From: Priapulus caudatus
Lineage: Eukaryota
NCBI RefSeq assembly: GCF_000485595.1
Contig: NW_014577086.1
Location: 361,630-425,629, forward strand
Direction: 5' to 3'
Length of the DNA: 64,000 bases
Made by a program: the position numbers and the translations under genes
The notes under the pieces: model-generated
What the model was told of the DNA's origin: nothing
What the model saw: only the letters and a program-made list of their open reading frames with translations
The model's database searches: none
In this document: piece by piece, positions 9,320 to 49,800 of the stretch
Layout of the letters: each line of letters opens with the position of its first letter
Numbering within the stretch: position 1 is the first letter of the stretch

Positions 9320-12300
9320 GTAAGAGTTAGTTGTTAGTGTTTTCAATCTAACGAATATGTATAAGTAAACGGTCATCTGCGAATATAAAAACTTCGACTT
9401 TATCCCAAAATATTAAACTTAGGGAATCTATGCATTTGTGGGGGCTAGTGTTATCAATACTGTGGCTGTGCTATTTTGCATCGCGCTGTATTGTGTTTAT
9501 GATACATTGATAGACCCGGCTTCGCCACGTATACACATTACACTGTTATCAACTTCACTGTTAATGTTATCAGTATTGGAGCTCCTCGTGTCGATTTGTT
9601 AATTTAAATTGTCGTTATGTTTACTGATTTTATTGCCAGAGAATAAAGCGTTCTTAAATTTATCTGCCACAAGAACAGCTTGATTGCATGATAATGTAAG
9701 AGTAATTGGAGAAGCATTATTATTATTATTTGCCATTAACGTTGTTGTGAGTCACTGATTGGGAGTAAGAACCTAGTGGCGCTGAGAGGGTCTATGTCCC
9801 CCAGCGTACTGCCGGAACGTACCCTGGTACCAGAGCATATAAATCAACGTGATTTATATGCTCTGCTGGTACTATCTAATATGCCGGACCGTACCTCGTC
9901 TACTCCACTAACGAGGCTAGGGAGCAGCACACGCCTACTCCCTAACCGGGTAACCCACAGGCACTTGAAGCGTGTCAACTGTTAGCACACGCCGCCGCCA
10001 TTGCGCGCACACTGACACATAAATATATAGCAAGTGAGAAAGTGCGATCCCAAAAATTCGCTCGACGCTCGCTGCATTTCTCACGATTTCAACACAAATA
10101 CACATCCAACAGCTTCCATCTTTGTTTCTCCTTCAAGAACAGTGTTCACTTGTTATAAAAACATAATGTCTCTGTTCGTAACCGAGCTGTGTCACGCGAA
10201 ATCACACAAACACTGACGAAATTCTCGCGTTCGCTAGCACTGCGCACGGATGGTAACGAACTTTCACCCATGGTTAAAGGCGGCGAAAGTTCGTTAACAT
10301 CCGGTGCGCAGTCGCGCTTTCTCACCTGCTATATATTTATGTGTCAGTGTGCGCGCAATGGCGGCGGCGTGTGTTTACAGTTGAAACGCTGTGCAGTGAA
10401 ACAAGTGCCTGTGGGGTAACCCTAACTCTAACCCTAACTGGGTACCCTAACCCTAACCCTAACCATATCAGATAGGTACCAGGGTACGTTCCGGCAGTAC
10501 CCTGGGGGACATAGACCCTATGAGCCCTAGTGGCAGTGTATTTACGGCCCCTCCTAGTCCTAGTAGTAGTCCTAGTCCAGTGCTTGGCTAAGGATTTGTA
10601 TCAAAAGTGATAAAGTAGCTATGCTGGAGAAGTGAGTGGTGTGTTAGGTCTTGCGCACAATCTACCTAGTAAAGCTCACCACTTCGCAGACAAAACAAAA
10701 TTTTCTGTAGAAGCGACAGAGTACCATTAGTGGGTTAAAAAAAATGTACTAACTTACTTTTTACTTAATAACTTGACACCTATGCACAAATCACAGAGAG
10801 TTTGCTACCATCATGCTGCCAGATGTAATTTTAGGGGGTTCCGATGGCGGAAATCTGGTCAATTTGTGCATAGTGTAAAGTTAGTGACACATTTTACCCA
10901 ACTGTTTTACTCTACAATGGAAGCACTTCCATTTCTGCAGGAAATACAGCATAGGTGGAATGAATGTTGATGTGGAATAGTTTTATAGGTAGGCAGTGTG
11001 CAGCATGTAACACATGCGGTCCAGGGCGTTATTATTATTAATGAGCTCCAAGTACTTACACAGTATGATATACAACTAATCCTTTATGATTCGATATAAA
11101 AATGTCAAAATTGAAACATTAGGGAAACATCAGGGGGGTGAAAATGGTGGTTTTTGCCTGCAAGTCCGGGACTTCTCAGCAATATTTTTGGAAGGTCCGA
11201 TGAAAGATTTGAAAGATCCAGGATCAAATCCAAGCCATTTTCCATATCGAATACCAGCACCCAAATTACGATCCTTAGCAAAACGCCCAAATTACAAAAT
11301 TCATAAAACGCCCAAATTAGCAGAGCTCTGATGCAGATCTCCATGTTTCTATCGTTATGTAGGCAGTTTTATAAAAAAAAATGCTCCTATAAGATCTATA
11401 ATCTATTATCTGAATAAAATGTGTTGTCCAAATGCCCAATTTAATGTCATAAATAAGTATATATATAATTTTTTTTATGCTCTCTACGCTCGCCGTGGGT
11501 GCCCATATTAGGCAGCTAGATTAGTCCCTGAGGTCCGAATATCGTTTGTTTGGCTAATAGATTATTTGGTAACAGTGGATCCACTTATTTATATACAAAA
11601 CCAAACATAAACAAACTTATGTTTGCCTTTGTTTGATACAATACATGCGTCATCTGCAGGCATTCCGAGCTACTCGCACGAGTGATGAGTTTATGCTGAA
11701 ACTGCGCGCGCATCCGCGTTAACTTCCGTTATCAACAACCATGCTACTAACGTTCCAGCATACCCATAGATCAGTATGTGTAATTTCGATCAGATGTTTG
11801 GTAAATTTCACTCTTATACTTGGTATGTTTCATTGTGAATATTAAATATGATACTAGATGTCGACAGTAACCAAAAATCGATCTACTTTCACTTTATTTC
11901 TTCGCAATTTGCAACATTTGGTTTAATGATGTTTTATTTTATGAAAGTGGAGTACTGTAAATTATTGATAGGTTTGACGGACTTTCTGCTTGGAAATTGC
12001 GAAGGTCCGAGCGTGAAATCGGCAGGTCCCGAACTTCGGACTTGCCCTATTTTCAGCCCCTATTTGTGTGGAGCACCCGATGCTCGATCAGACAGAGGAA
12101 CAAGATATTGTTGACAATTATGTTTCTGACTATCCTGCTGCAAAATTCTCCCATTATACCACTGCAGAAGTGAGGCGTTGGAATCAATAATAATGACCAC
12201 TAAGTTACTAACTACGTGCTTGTATCTGTATTTGCAGGAGTCCAGTATAGAACACATGGCTCGGTATGTGAGCCCAGTGAATCCAGCAATCTACCCGCAC

Positions 12301-15248
12301 CTGACAGTCGTACTCCTAGGCATCGGAATCTTCTTCATGGCATGGTTTTTCGTGTATCCTTTGTACTGCATTACATGTCTATTACTATTAGTAAGCATAC
12401 ATATGTAGTGCTAAGCTGTCAGTTATCAGGCCAATTCATTTCAACAATTGTAAATCCTAATTAAAAATACACTCTTGACAGCTTTTGAGCGGGTATTGCT
12501 CTAATGAAGAGTTAATGTTTATTGACAAATGAATAGAATAAATCACATGGTTTATTTATAGATGAGATGTATTTCTATGCTCAAGCCAAAAAATTCCATA
12601 AAATTTTCAGCTATTTACAATTATAACTATCACTGGCAGATCTATGCTGGCTGTAGAAGGGTTGATGCTGGTAGATTCTGGCATAATGAATACCATAAAA
12701 AGCTGGTTGTATTACGTCTCTGACATCGGCAGTGTTTCAGTGCTGCCACTTTATACTTTTTTAAAGCATACTTTTTTTTCAGAAAATATACTTTTTATAT
12801 GTTTTTCACACTTTTTCATGCATAAATACTTTTAAATACTTTTTTTGCCAAAGATGGTCAAAACTTTTCGGACTTACATCTAAGTACACTATATTTGATG
12901 AGATTAAAGGTGTGCTTTGCTAGTCTTCTTGCAGAAGTGATGGTGTGCTCTGTTCAGTGGAGTGTTTTTGCTCTCAGCTCTCCGCTGTCAGTGACCAAAT
13001 GACAGAGCATTGCAGTGTTTCCCCTGCATTGACACGAGCGAGGCGGGCCGCCTCGCTCAAATTCTCAGCCGCCACACTGAAATTTGTCCAAAAAACCACC
13101 TCGCTGACGAAACCTTTGGCAACTTGAAAAATAGATTCAAGAGTCTCATACAATGTGTCCCAGAATAGCTTAGAATGCACCAAATTGCACCTTTTTTTTT
13201 AATTTCTGGGGCGGGCATGCCCTTGGACCCCTCTAGCTGGCCAAGCACATGCACTCCTTGCTTTGGTAGGACCTTGAAACACACAAACACCTCAAAAAAT
13301 TTACCGCCTCACAGACCTTTCTGGCCAAGAGACTGCATTGCATATTCCAAACCAAGAGACAACTCCTCAAGACGTTGCACACATAATTCCTGAAGCTTGT
13401 TAACATGCTGCACATAGGCTATAATGTATTCGATAATAAGGTATAGGGTAACAAGTGACTACAAATCATGGTAGGTTGATACAAATTTATACTGTTTTTA
13501 TACTTTTTTTTGACAATTTTGATACTTTTTTCTGGACAGATTTTATACTTTTTTGTAATATCCTGAGTGGCAGCACTGGTGTTTAAAACGGCATGTTCTC
13601 GCAGCAAAATGCGTGAACTCGTCAATGATGTAAAAATTTGCTATTCATTTGTATTACTACTTTCATAACATTTCTTTAGCAAACCTAAACAGTCTTACGA
13701 AACTAGTATTTTCAATGTTTACACAGTGTTTACACATGCGGGACATAGCCGAGCGATTGCAGTTTTCATCTAACAAGTTATTCGATTCATTATTCGATGT
13801 TTGTTCAGTGCAAAATTGTGAAATTTGTTTAAATCATATATTATCTACATTACTTATGCAATCAGCAAACAAATATAGTGTTTTCTTTCCAGGAACTATT
13901 TGCGCTAGCGGAGGCCTACTGTTAGCATTCTCATACCGCGTTCACACGTAGCTAAAACCCAGTTTCGTACGTACTCAAGACAAATTTCCCTCGTGTGAAC
14001 GACCACATATAGCTATACTCTGTTCGAAACATGTACAGCTATACTGAACAAAAAGGTGCGTATCGTACGTACTTTGTATAACTATACGCATTTCATACGC
14101 GTATAGCAGACATGTGAACAACCGGCTCTAGCTATATACACGTATAACTGGGCGGAGCAACATCCGCAGATTATGAAATATAAGCTCACTGCGCGACTTG
14201 TCGGGCTTACACGGCGATACATATGATCATACGATACATATGATTATACGTGTGAACGCTGTATAACTCGAGGCCACGCTTGACGCTTCGTACGGAGTAC
14301 GTACGATACGCGTTCAAAACTGGGTTTTGAGGTACGTGTGAACGCGGTGTCAGTCACATCACTCTTATGTGTATATGTATGCTGAAACGCTGTCCGACGA
14401 AGTTTCAAAATAACATAAAAATAGTCGGCTTTGGAGCACATATCTGGCTCAATAAGAACATTTCGTGATGTTTGCATACTGCAAGTATGCTCACAGTAGG
14501 TGTATGTAGGCTTTTTGTTGCGAGGTTTATCCATTTTAAAGGGCCACTGCTGACTACACACGCACGGGCAATCAAAACGATCTGAAAGTTCAGTCATCGG
14601 TATATGGAGAAATAAGCATGTACAGTGGTGACACCTAGTGTTAGCCATCGCATAAGAATGAAAATGAAAAATCAATAACATTTTGCATAAAAGCATGAGT
14701 GTATCCTTCAGCATTTTGGAATAGACCTATATGTGCTTATGATATACAGAGAGTAATTATGATATTGTGTGATACATTCGTGTGGCACATAGAATGTGTA
14801 CATGTAAAACCGTTTGCAATATGGTTTTCTATATATGGTATTTCATTCAGTTCAATATATACAAAGTTTTTACTGCAGAGAATGTTGCCAAAAAACCAAC
14901 AATTTAATTAGCCCTAGCAATTTACGCTTGAGATGACTTAAGGTGCATAACATCCGGAATGTTTAGGATAAAATTAAGGTTGCAAGCAGTTGATTAAAAA
15001 ATTAAACTATCAGTGGCAGTAATAGCACATTAATAATTATTTATTCTTAAATCTAGATACATTTATTGCTTACACTCTGGTACTTGCATTCGTTTATAAT
15101 GACCTTGACCAGCTGCTGCAGATATGAAGTAACGTCAACAAAATTCACACGTGACATTTTCAAGGAGTTGCTAGTGTCCCTATTTGCTGCTATCTTCATG
15201 GGTGTTGGAATCCTTTTCCTGCTCTTGTGGGTTGGCATCTATGTCTGA
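9317..15248 (+). CDS. TMEM258: TMEM258 (small oligosaccharyltransferase subunit), 81 aa: join(9317-9319,12238-12353,15122-15248)
   Basis: [81 protein letters not shown] closely matches TMEM258 as recalled (two TM helices, C-terminal LLWVGIYV). Confidence 0.93.
9781..10525. mobile_element. Mutator-like MITE with 9-bp TSD containing telomere-like repeats
   Basis: About 50-bp TIR GCTGAGAGGGTCTATGTCCCCCAG...CTGGGGGACATAGACCCTATGAGC; TSD CCTAGTGGC at 9772-9780 and 10526-10534; (TAACCC)n at 10417-10464. Confidence 0.88.
9956..10413. mobile_element. CACAGGCACTTG-family MITE nested in the Mutator-like element
   Basis: TIR CACAGGCACTTG/CAAGTGCCTGTG; perfect 8-bp TSD GGGTAACC at 9948-9955 and 10414-10421; shares the internal AAAATTCGCTCGACGCTCGC block with the 7393 copy. 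Confidence 0.9.
11131..12062. mobile_element. Probable degraded hAT-like MITE
   Basis: CAGGGGGGTGAAAAT vs ATTTTCAGCCCCTA ends, with GTCCG/CGGAC subterminal motifs; no TSD found. Confidence 0.45.
12238..12353 (+). CDS. TMEM258: TMEM258 coding exon 2
   Basis: tttgcag acceptor; [22 protein letters not shown]...AWFF(V); ends at U12 donor GTATCCTT. Confidence 0.95.
12738..13578. mobile_element. hAT-like MITE with 6-bp TSD inside the U12 intron
   Basis: 13-bp perfect TIR CAGTGCTGCCACT/AGTGGCAGCACTG; GTGTTT on both flanks; ATACTTTT subterminal repeats. Confidence 0.8.
13934..14349. mobile_element. PIF/Harbinger-type MITE inside the U12 intron
   Basis: TIR ACCGCGTTCACACGTA / TACGTGTGAACGCGGT; 3-bp TSD TCA. 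Confidence 0.82.
15122..15248 (+). CDS. TMEM258: TMEM258 coding exon 3
   Basis: ctgcag|A TAT GAA...YEVTSTK...WVGIYV TGA. Confidence 0.96.
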
Positions 15249-16861
15249 TGTTTTTTCTGTGAGGTATGAAAACATTCTTGTGATATTTTGACACTAAGTG
15301 TAAATAATACAGAGGAATTGCCTTTTGACTCTCAAAAAGCGTGTGCGGCAAAATGAAACAGTCCCTAGTCTGAAGTTCCAAATTAATAATGATGATCGTA
15401 GCCGACACAGGTCAAAATAACTGTTGGAATGACGAAAATTATCATGTAATGTTGTAATATAGTGTTTGGGGTCTTTTGTTTATGTGCAACGAGAGTGATT
15501 TCATTGTTATCGATTACAGGTTATTGAGGAGGATAACAAAGTTTATAAAGTGACCTGCAGGTGACGGGCTCTGTCGGCAGAAGGAGTATTCATCGCATTC
15601 CATTGGGTATCTTTGTTCTATCTGTCACCAAGGATTCTATCATCATGCCACGCCAGATTCTCTGACTGCTGCTGTAAGGGTGGCACTTACAGTGCCATTT
15701 TCACAATGCATTTCATCGACGATGGGTGTAAGAGTTGCCCGTGCATCAACAAAGCTTGCTGTACGGTGTGTATTTTGTTTCAAAATGCATTAACAAAATT
15801 TCCCCTGATACATGATCTAACATGGATGCAAACCATGCCTCGTCGAAAATTCGCAGTCTTGATGTGTATTTAATCAACTCGCATGAATCAATAATTTATT
15901 GCCATGTGCGAATACAACTCCAGTGGTAAACTCTGAATTCTCATCTGTCGATCAGTTATTTAATGAAAAGATGGAAACTTTTTGAAGCGATTTGTGTGAG
16001 AATTGGTACATAGTACAACATGAGTATCCAGCATGCCTAAAGGATATGCCCGTTCTTGCTCTTCTTTGTATGATTGAATATGTATGTGTGAGTTTCTCTA
16101 CTATATTGTGTGACGAAGAATAAATTCTAAAAGCCTGAAAAATTATGTGTACATTTTTAGAAATCAAATTTTCGTCTTGCTTGTTTTTTTTTACCCTAAA
16201 CATGTATGTTTTGCTATCTATTAAAATATTTTGTTGAATGAGATTGGATTAGCTGACCATTGATATATTAGAATCAAAGTAATGTTAGAATATTCCATGT
16301 AGTTGACATATTATTGGTAATCGTACGACCATAATTTATGTCTCTTGAACTGAATATTGAACTGAATACTTGTCTCTGAATATTGCTAACAGCTATGTGT
16401 AAGATGTTCACTGTTAATTCCATTTCCAGAATTCTGTATGTATCATAGGGTTTTATTACATTTAACACCATTAAACATATACATATATTTCCACAAACAT
16501 TAATTGGGTATTTAAAATAGAAGAAATCTGAAAATAGATCAATCATAGTTGATAAATATGATTCATTGAATATATAATCAATTGAATGACAATAAAGTTT
16601 GTTTGTGTGTATATATATATACATATATGTATATATATATACATATGTATATATATATATATATATATTCTAGTGAATAATTGAAATGTAAGAAGTACAC
16701 TTGGAATTCAAATTCAGTTAAAAAATTACATTACTTTGTTATTCACTATTCGTGAAATAACTCATTACGCATACATATAGACTCTTCCAAACGTCAAACA
16801 TCAAGCAATAAGATTTTGCGGTGCATTTTTGCTAGGAATATTCGGTTACTCACACACACCA

Positions 16862-17011
16862 CAGTCACGGATCCAGAAGGGAATTCTAGGGGGGCGAATC
16901 ATGCGAGATCAATAGCACGAAGCGCCCGAAGGGGGAGGGGAGGAGGCTAAAATACCCTGAAAATTCTAGGGGGCCGCCCCCTGTGCCCCCTCCCTCCTGG
17001 ATCCGGCACTG
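16862..17011. mobile_element. Short hAT-like MITE, 5-bp TSD
   Basis: CAGTCACGGATCCAG...CTGGATCCGGCACTG flanked by CACCA on both sides. Confidence 0.7.
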
Positions 17012-17280
17012 CACCACATAGAAGGTAGCTTCAGCGTCAAAGCGCTGCGGTGTTAAACAGCGCCAACAATTACTCAAACCCGCTGCTGACTTTCCTTGCA
17101 CTGTAGGTTACGCAGTAACTACGCCACCGTACGTCGCACCTGCGCATGATTAACCAGGCAACTCTTCGCATGAAGCTAACGGAAGCCGCGCACACGGCGT
17201 GGTGCCCCAGCTAAGGTAGACGACGTCGTAGCAGCAGGGCCGAACGTCGCAAAAGTCGCTTCGCGCAATGCGGTTAGCGC

Positions 17281-45395
<28,115 letters not shown>

Positions 45396-45577
45396 GACTG
45401 CAGGTCACTGAAAAACAATCGAACGTCGTAGACTGGTTAGTTAACCATACCGATTACATTAGCAAGAGCAAATATCCAATCAATTGTGTACTACTTTGTT
45501 ACAATCTATCGGCACTTAGCGTAAAAATCAGCTGCTGGAATTATGCAATTCTATTTCATCAACATCAAGTGAATGTG

Positions 45578-45772
45578 CAGGGGCGTAGCCAGCCTTTCCA
45601 AGAGGGGGGATTCCAAACCAAGAGGGAGGATCCAAACCTACTATATACTAATAAAACTTTTCACAATTTTCGCTTCATGCTTTTATATACATACTGTATC
45701 AGATATGTGCAATTTTGATACAAACCAGGAGGGATTCCGGATTGCCTGGAATCACCCCTGCCTACGCCCCTG
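45578..45772. mobile_element. hAT-like MITE, 5-bp TSD
   Basis: TIR CAGGGGCGTAG / CTACGCCCCTG; ATGTG on both flanks. Confidence 0.8.
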
Positions 45773-46164
45773 ATGTGCGCTCTGCTGCATGGTGACTTGT
45801 CGTATTAGCGGTATTACTAGCTTTATGGCATCAGTTCGTCACATTATTAGTTACGCAAACGCACATCGTGTATAGGCAAATATAGTTGATTGGTGACTGA
45901 ATGTCTAGTTGCAACTAACTGACACCTGACATGATGTGCTGATTGCACAACTATTCGTGCGACGTTTACTGCTGTTCACCCGCTTTTTATGAAACGTTCC
46001 CAGGCATCATAAATAAATACGCACAGACTGCAGATGTGCACATAATCGCACCCATGCACGCACACACGCACGCACGCACGCACGAACGAACGCACGCACG
46101 CACGCACACACACACACACACGGCAATATGCACAGGTTGTGTGTGTTGTGTGTATTATGTGTAT

Positions 46165-46800
46165 GGTTGGATGGACGGACGGATGGATGGATGAATGGAT
46201 AGATGGATCGATGGATTATGATGCGATGATGTATGGATGGATTGGATGATGGATGGATGGAGAATCGATGGACTGGATGGATGGATGATAGATGGATTGA
46301 TGGTATGGATGGATGATGGATGGGAATGGATGATGATTGATGGATGGACTGGATGATGATGGATGATGGATGGATGATGGAGTGGATGGATTGATGGATG
46401 ACGGATGGATGGGATTGATGCTGGGATGTATGTATGTATGGATGGATGGATTGGATGATGGATAGATGGATTGATGTATGGATGATGGATTCAGGTATGG
46501 ATTGATGGATCGATAGGATTGGATGAGCTAATGGATGAAGGATGTAGGAATGGAGGCACTGAACTGGATGGATGGATGATGATGATGATGGATGATGGAT
46601 GGGATGGATGATGATGGATTGGATGGATGGAATTATGATGGATGGACCGGATGGACGCGCATGGACGGACGGACGGAGCGACGGACGAGACGGACGACGA
46701 CGGACGGACGACGACGGACGGAGCGACGACGACGGACGGACGGACGACGACGGAACGGACGGACGGACGGAACTGACGACGATATGGAATGGATGGATTT
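46165..46800. repeat. Degenerate (GGAT)n/(GGAC)n microsatellite
   Basis: Read directly. Confidence 0.9.
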
Positions 46801-49800
46801 ATAAGGGCGATGGAGTAAAGGGTAAGATCGCAGACGTGAGACTGTCATATTCTTAAATGGATATATCTCACTGGCTATCGTATTTTACAAATGGACTTCG
46901 TAGGGGTGCAATACCTTCTAGATGTATCGTAACACTATCGTAATCGACTTGTGTAATTGAAGATTTCACTTGTTAGACCGCCCAAGAAGCTCACTCTATG
47001 GACGTGAGATGTACGAATGAGGTCTCCATGCGCTAGGGCTCCGACGTCAAACATTTTCAATTAGTCTGCTGGACACAGTGTGTATTCGAAAATGCCTTTT
47101 ACATTCTCGATTCTCGCCTAAAAATGCGACTGTCGTCTGTAATATAACGGATGAGTTTTACTCTTAGTGAACGTATAAACGTGTAAAAGCGCGAATAACA
47201 ACTAGGCGCGTTTTCATCTGCCTCGGGGGTTTGTTGACGTTAGCTACTCTTTCCGTTAAATTATGTGTCGCTCGGGAGTATGTGACAGATAATTACTGAT
47301 AAATCATGAGAATACACCATATGATACATGATCTGCAGAATCGTGACGTTTATAATGTGACGTAATCTCACCCATGAAAAAATATCTAATGACGGGTGTT
47401 AAAACAGCGTTTATAATTTATTCAAATAAAAGTGCGCAAAATACCACGCCCAGTTATAAATGCACAGCAAAAAGTCATATAAAGACGGACTATTTAAGCT
47501 TAAACCAGAGCAGATCTTGTGCAATATAGGAGTGCACTCTATAACGCTATAACAATAACCGTAACACATAACTATAACGCTAAACCGTCACCTTTAAATA
47601 CCAAGAACTCTAATTCGGTGTCGATTGTTAAACATACTGCATTTCCTAGGAAAGTGTGTAATAACATGCGATTCCCAACGACTCAGCGCATGCAAACGGC
47701 GTCAACTCTGATATTCAATGCAGAGTACCTACGCATAGACCGCCATAACAAGTGGCCTATTTGTGAACAAGACAGCCGATGTGGCGCGATAGTGATTTTG
47801 CTAGCGAGTAGAGTGTGTGATTTAGAGCGAACTATTTACTCTAGAGTGAATACGGGAAGGGGCTTTTTGCTTGTAATTTCAAGGGCAACGGACGTACGTT
47901 CTAAGCTCATCACAGCACGGCAATCGTGGCTCGGCGCTTGTAGAATGCTGCCGGTGAAAAACGGTTGGAAACTAATGCTCCGTATGCCTAAGTCTCTTTT
48001 CACTGCGATCCGAACGGACAGATTTATGTGTTAGCCTCGCCTTTCACGTGAATTATCGCGGCGTCACTGACCAGCGTGTTTCGTTTTGAACCATACGTAT
48101 ATAGTTGCGCTTAGCGCGTGTGATCAGTACCAGCATGATCGCAGCCTATTGCGGATCATGTATGTACATCACAACGCCTAATCGAGGCTTCTACTCGCGG
48201 CTGCCGTTCTTTCTAGGTCGATTATGCAGGCACTGTCAAACATACGCGGCTCCATAACAACAGTCATCATTGTACGCTGTTGATCGTTAACCTCGCATCC
48301 GCGCCGCGTATGCCTGTAATTCATTAATAGTGGCCATGCAGCTTTCTATTCAGGTCTCGGGCAGGAAAACGAGTTGTTGATATGTCGAGTTTCTGTACGC
48401 TTGCTAGGACCCGCATTGCCTAGAAGGTGAAATTCGTGAGATCGCAATTGCATTGACGCACCATGTCTTGCATGTTGATGGTGAATGTCTAGCGGTTAAA
48501 GGCACGAATAAACAATTATTGTATTAATATAAATCTAACTATTAAAGGGACAGTACCTCTAAGGATTACATCGCATAAAACTGCTACTTTACTGTATACT
48601 ACAAATCGTCTATACGCCATAACGGTAATTCTGTTACCGGAGTATCTAAATTTCATTGTTATCATCTAATTACAACATCAACCGCTACGAATTTGAACGG
48701 GCGCCATACACCGGCCGACGCGACCGTGCTGCACCCCCTAAAAAGTTGCGTCTTTGACAATTACTTTTGCATGTTACAAGCCCGAGGGCTAATCACATAA
48801 GTGGCAATATATTTATACCGTAAATGGCTATTTTAACCAAAACGATATTAATTTTAGGGGAGGGCAAACTTGTATCGCATATTATAACTGAAGACTATAT
48901 TCGTTTATACGATATTAGGCCATCCTTTTGGCTTTTAAATGAATAAATAGAAACACCCTCGTCTTGCATTAGCCTTCGAGCTGAAAAGGTGGTTTTGCGG
49001 CAAGCTAATCAGATCTGGCGCGCTCTGGAAGTGGTTGCCCACGTCGGTTGTATTAAATACTGTAGTCTGTTAGTGTTTTAAAGCATTTTTTTAATACTAT
49101 TTTAAGATAATTGAACCCATGATAACTTTTATCTAGCCTAATTTTAACCTAAAATAACTGGCAAATAACTAGAACCTAGAGTAAGCCACTATCCCTTTAA
49201 AACTACTCCAACTGTGTCGAGGTAAGATATTGAATAGCACGCCATCTACTATATTAAATGGTTTTTATCATGTGCGTACACCTAACTGAGCTGAATTTTC
49301 CGACTACAGCACACGTATCGTCTTAGATGATTTTACCTGGGTACGCTAAACTAGTAACGGCAATTTATATGCATCATAAGTACTAAACATTTAAATGCTT
49401 TCGTAGAGAGGGGCAGTCGTGTCCAGCAATGCACATACAAGATGTATCTGTAATGCCTAAAATAATTAACCGTAGTATATGACATGCAATGCATGCGACC
49501 TCTTTGCAATGCATGCCATGTCATGCGCCTAACTAATTATGGAAAAGATCGCAACGGATTCGGCTCGCTCAGCTTATATCACCACCGGAATTGTATACAA
49601 AACGTTACGAGGATGTTTTCCGAACGAAATCAAATAGCCGTCAGGCCGACCAGTCGGATATTTAGCTGACTGATCATCTAGTGACGTCACTGCTGTCGTT
49701 AAGTCATCAGTAACAAATCGTGTACTCTAAGACGAGCGCGCCCGGATGCAACGGACCTTCTCTGAAACGCTCACGCACATCAGTAATTCCCCAGCGAATG

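Larger units (their letters stand above)
12354..15121 (+). other. U12-type (minor spliceosome) GT-AG intron of TMEM258, 2768 nt, phase 2
   Basis: 5' site GTATCCTTTG; branch site CCTTGAC at 15103-15109, branch A 13 nt from the terminal G; no polypyrimidine tract. Confidence 0.92.

Noticed and set aside
10417..10464. True telomere or chromosome fusion site
   Set aside because: Short degenerate tract enclosed within a TIR/TSD-bounded MITE
49680..49691. CRE palindrome AGTGACGTCACT
   Set aside because: Short motif without promoter evidence; its second occurrence is only the duplicated segment
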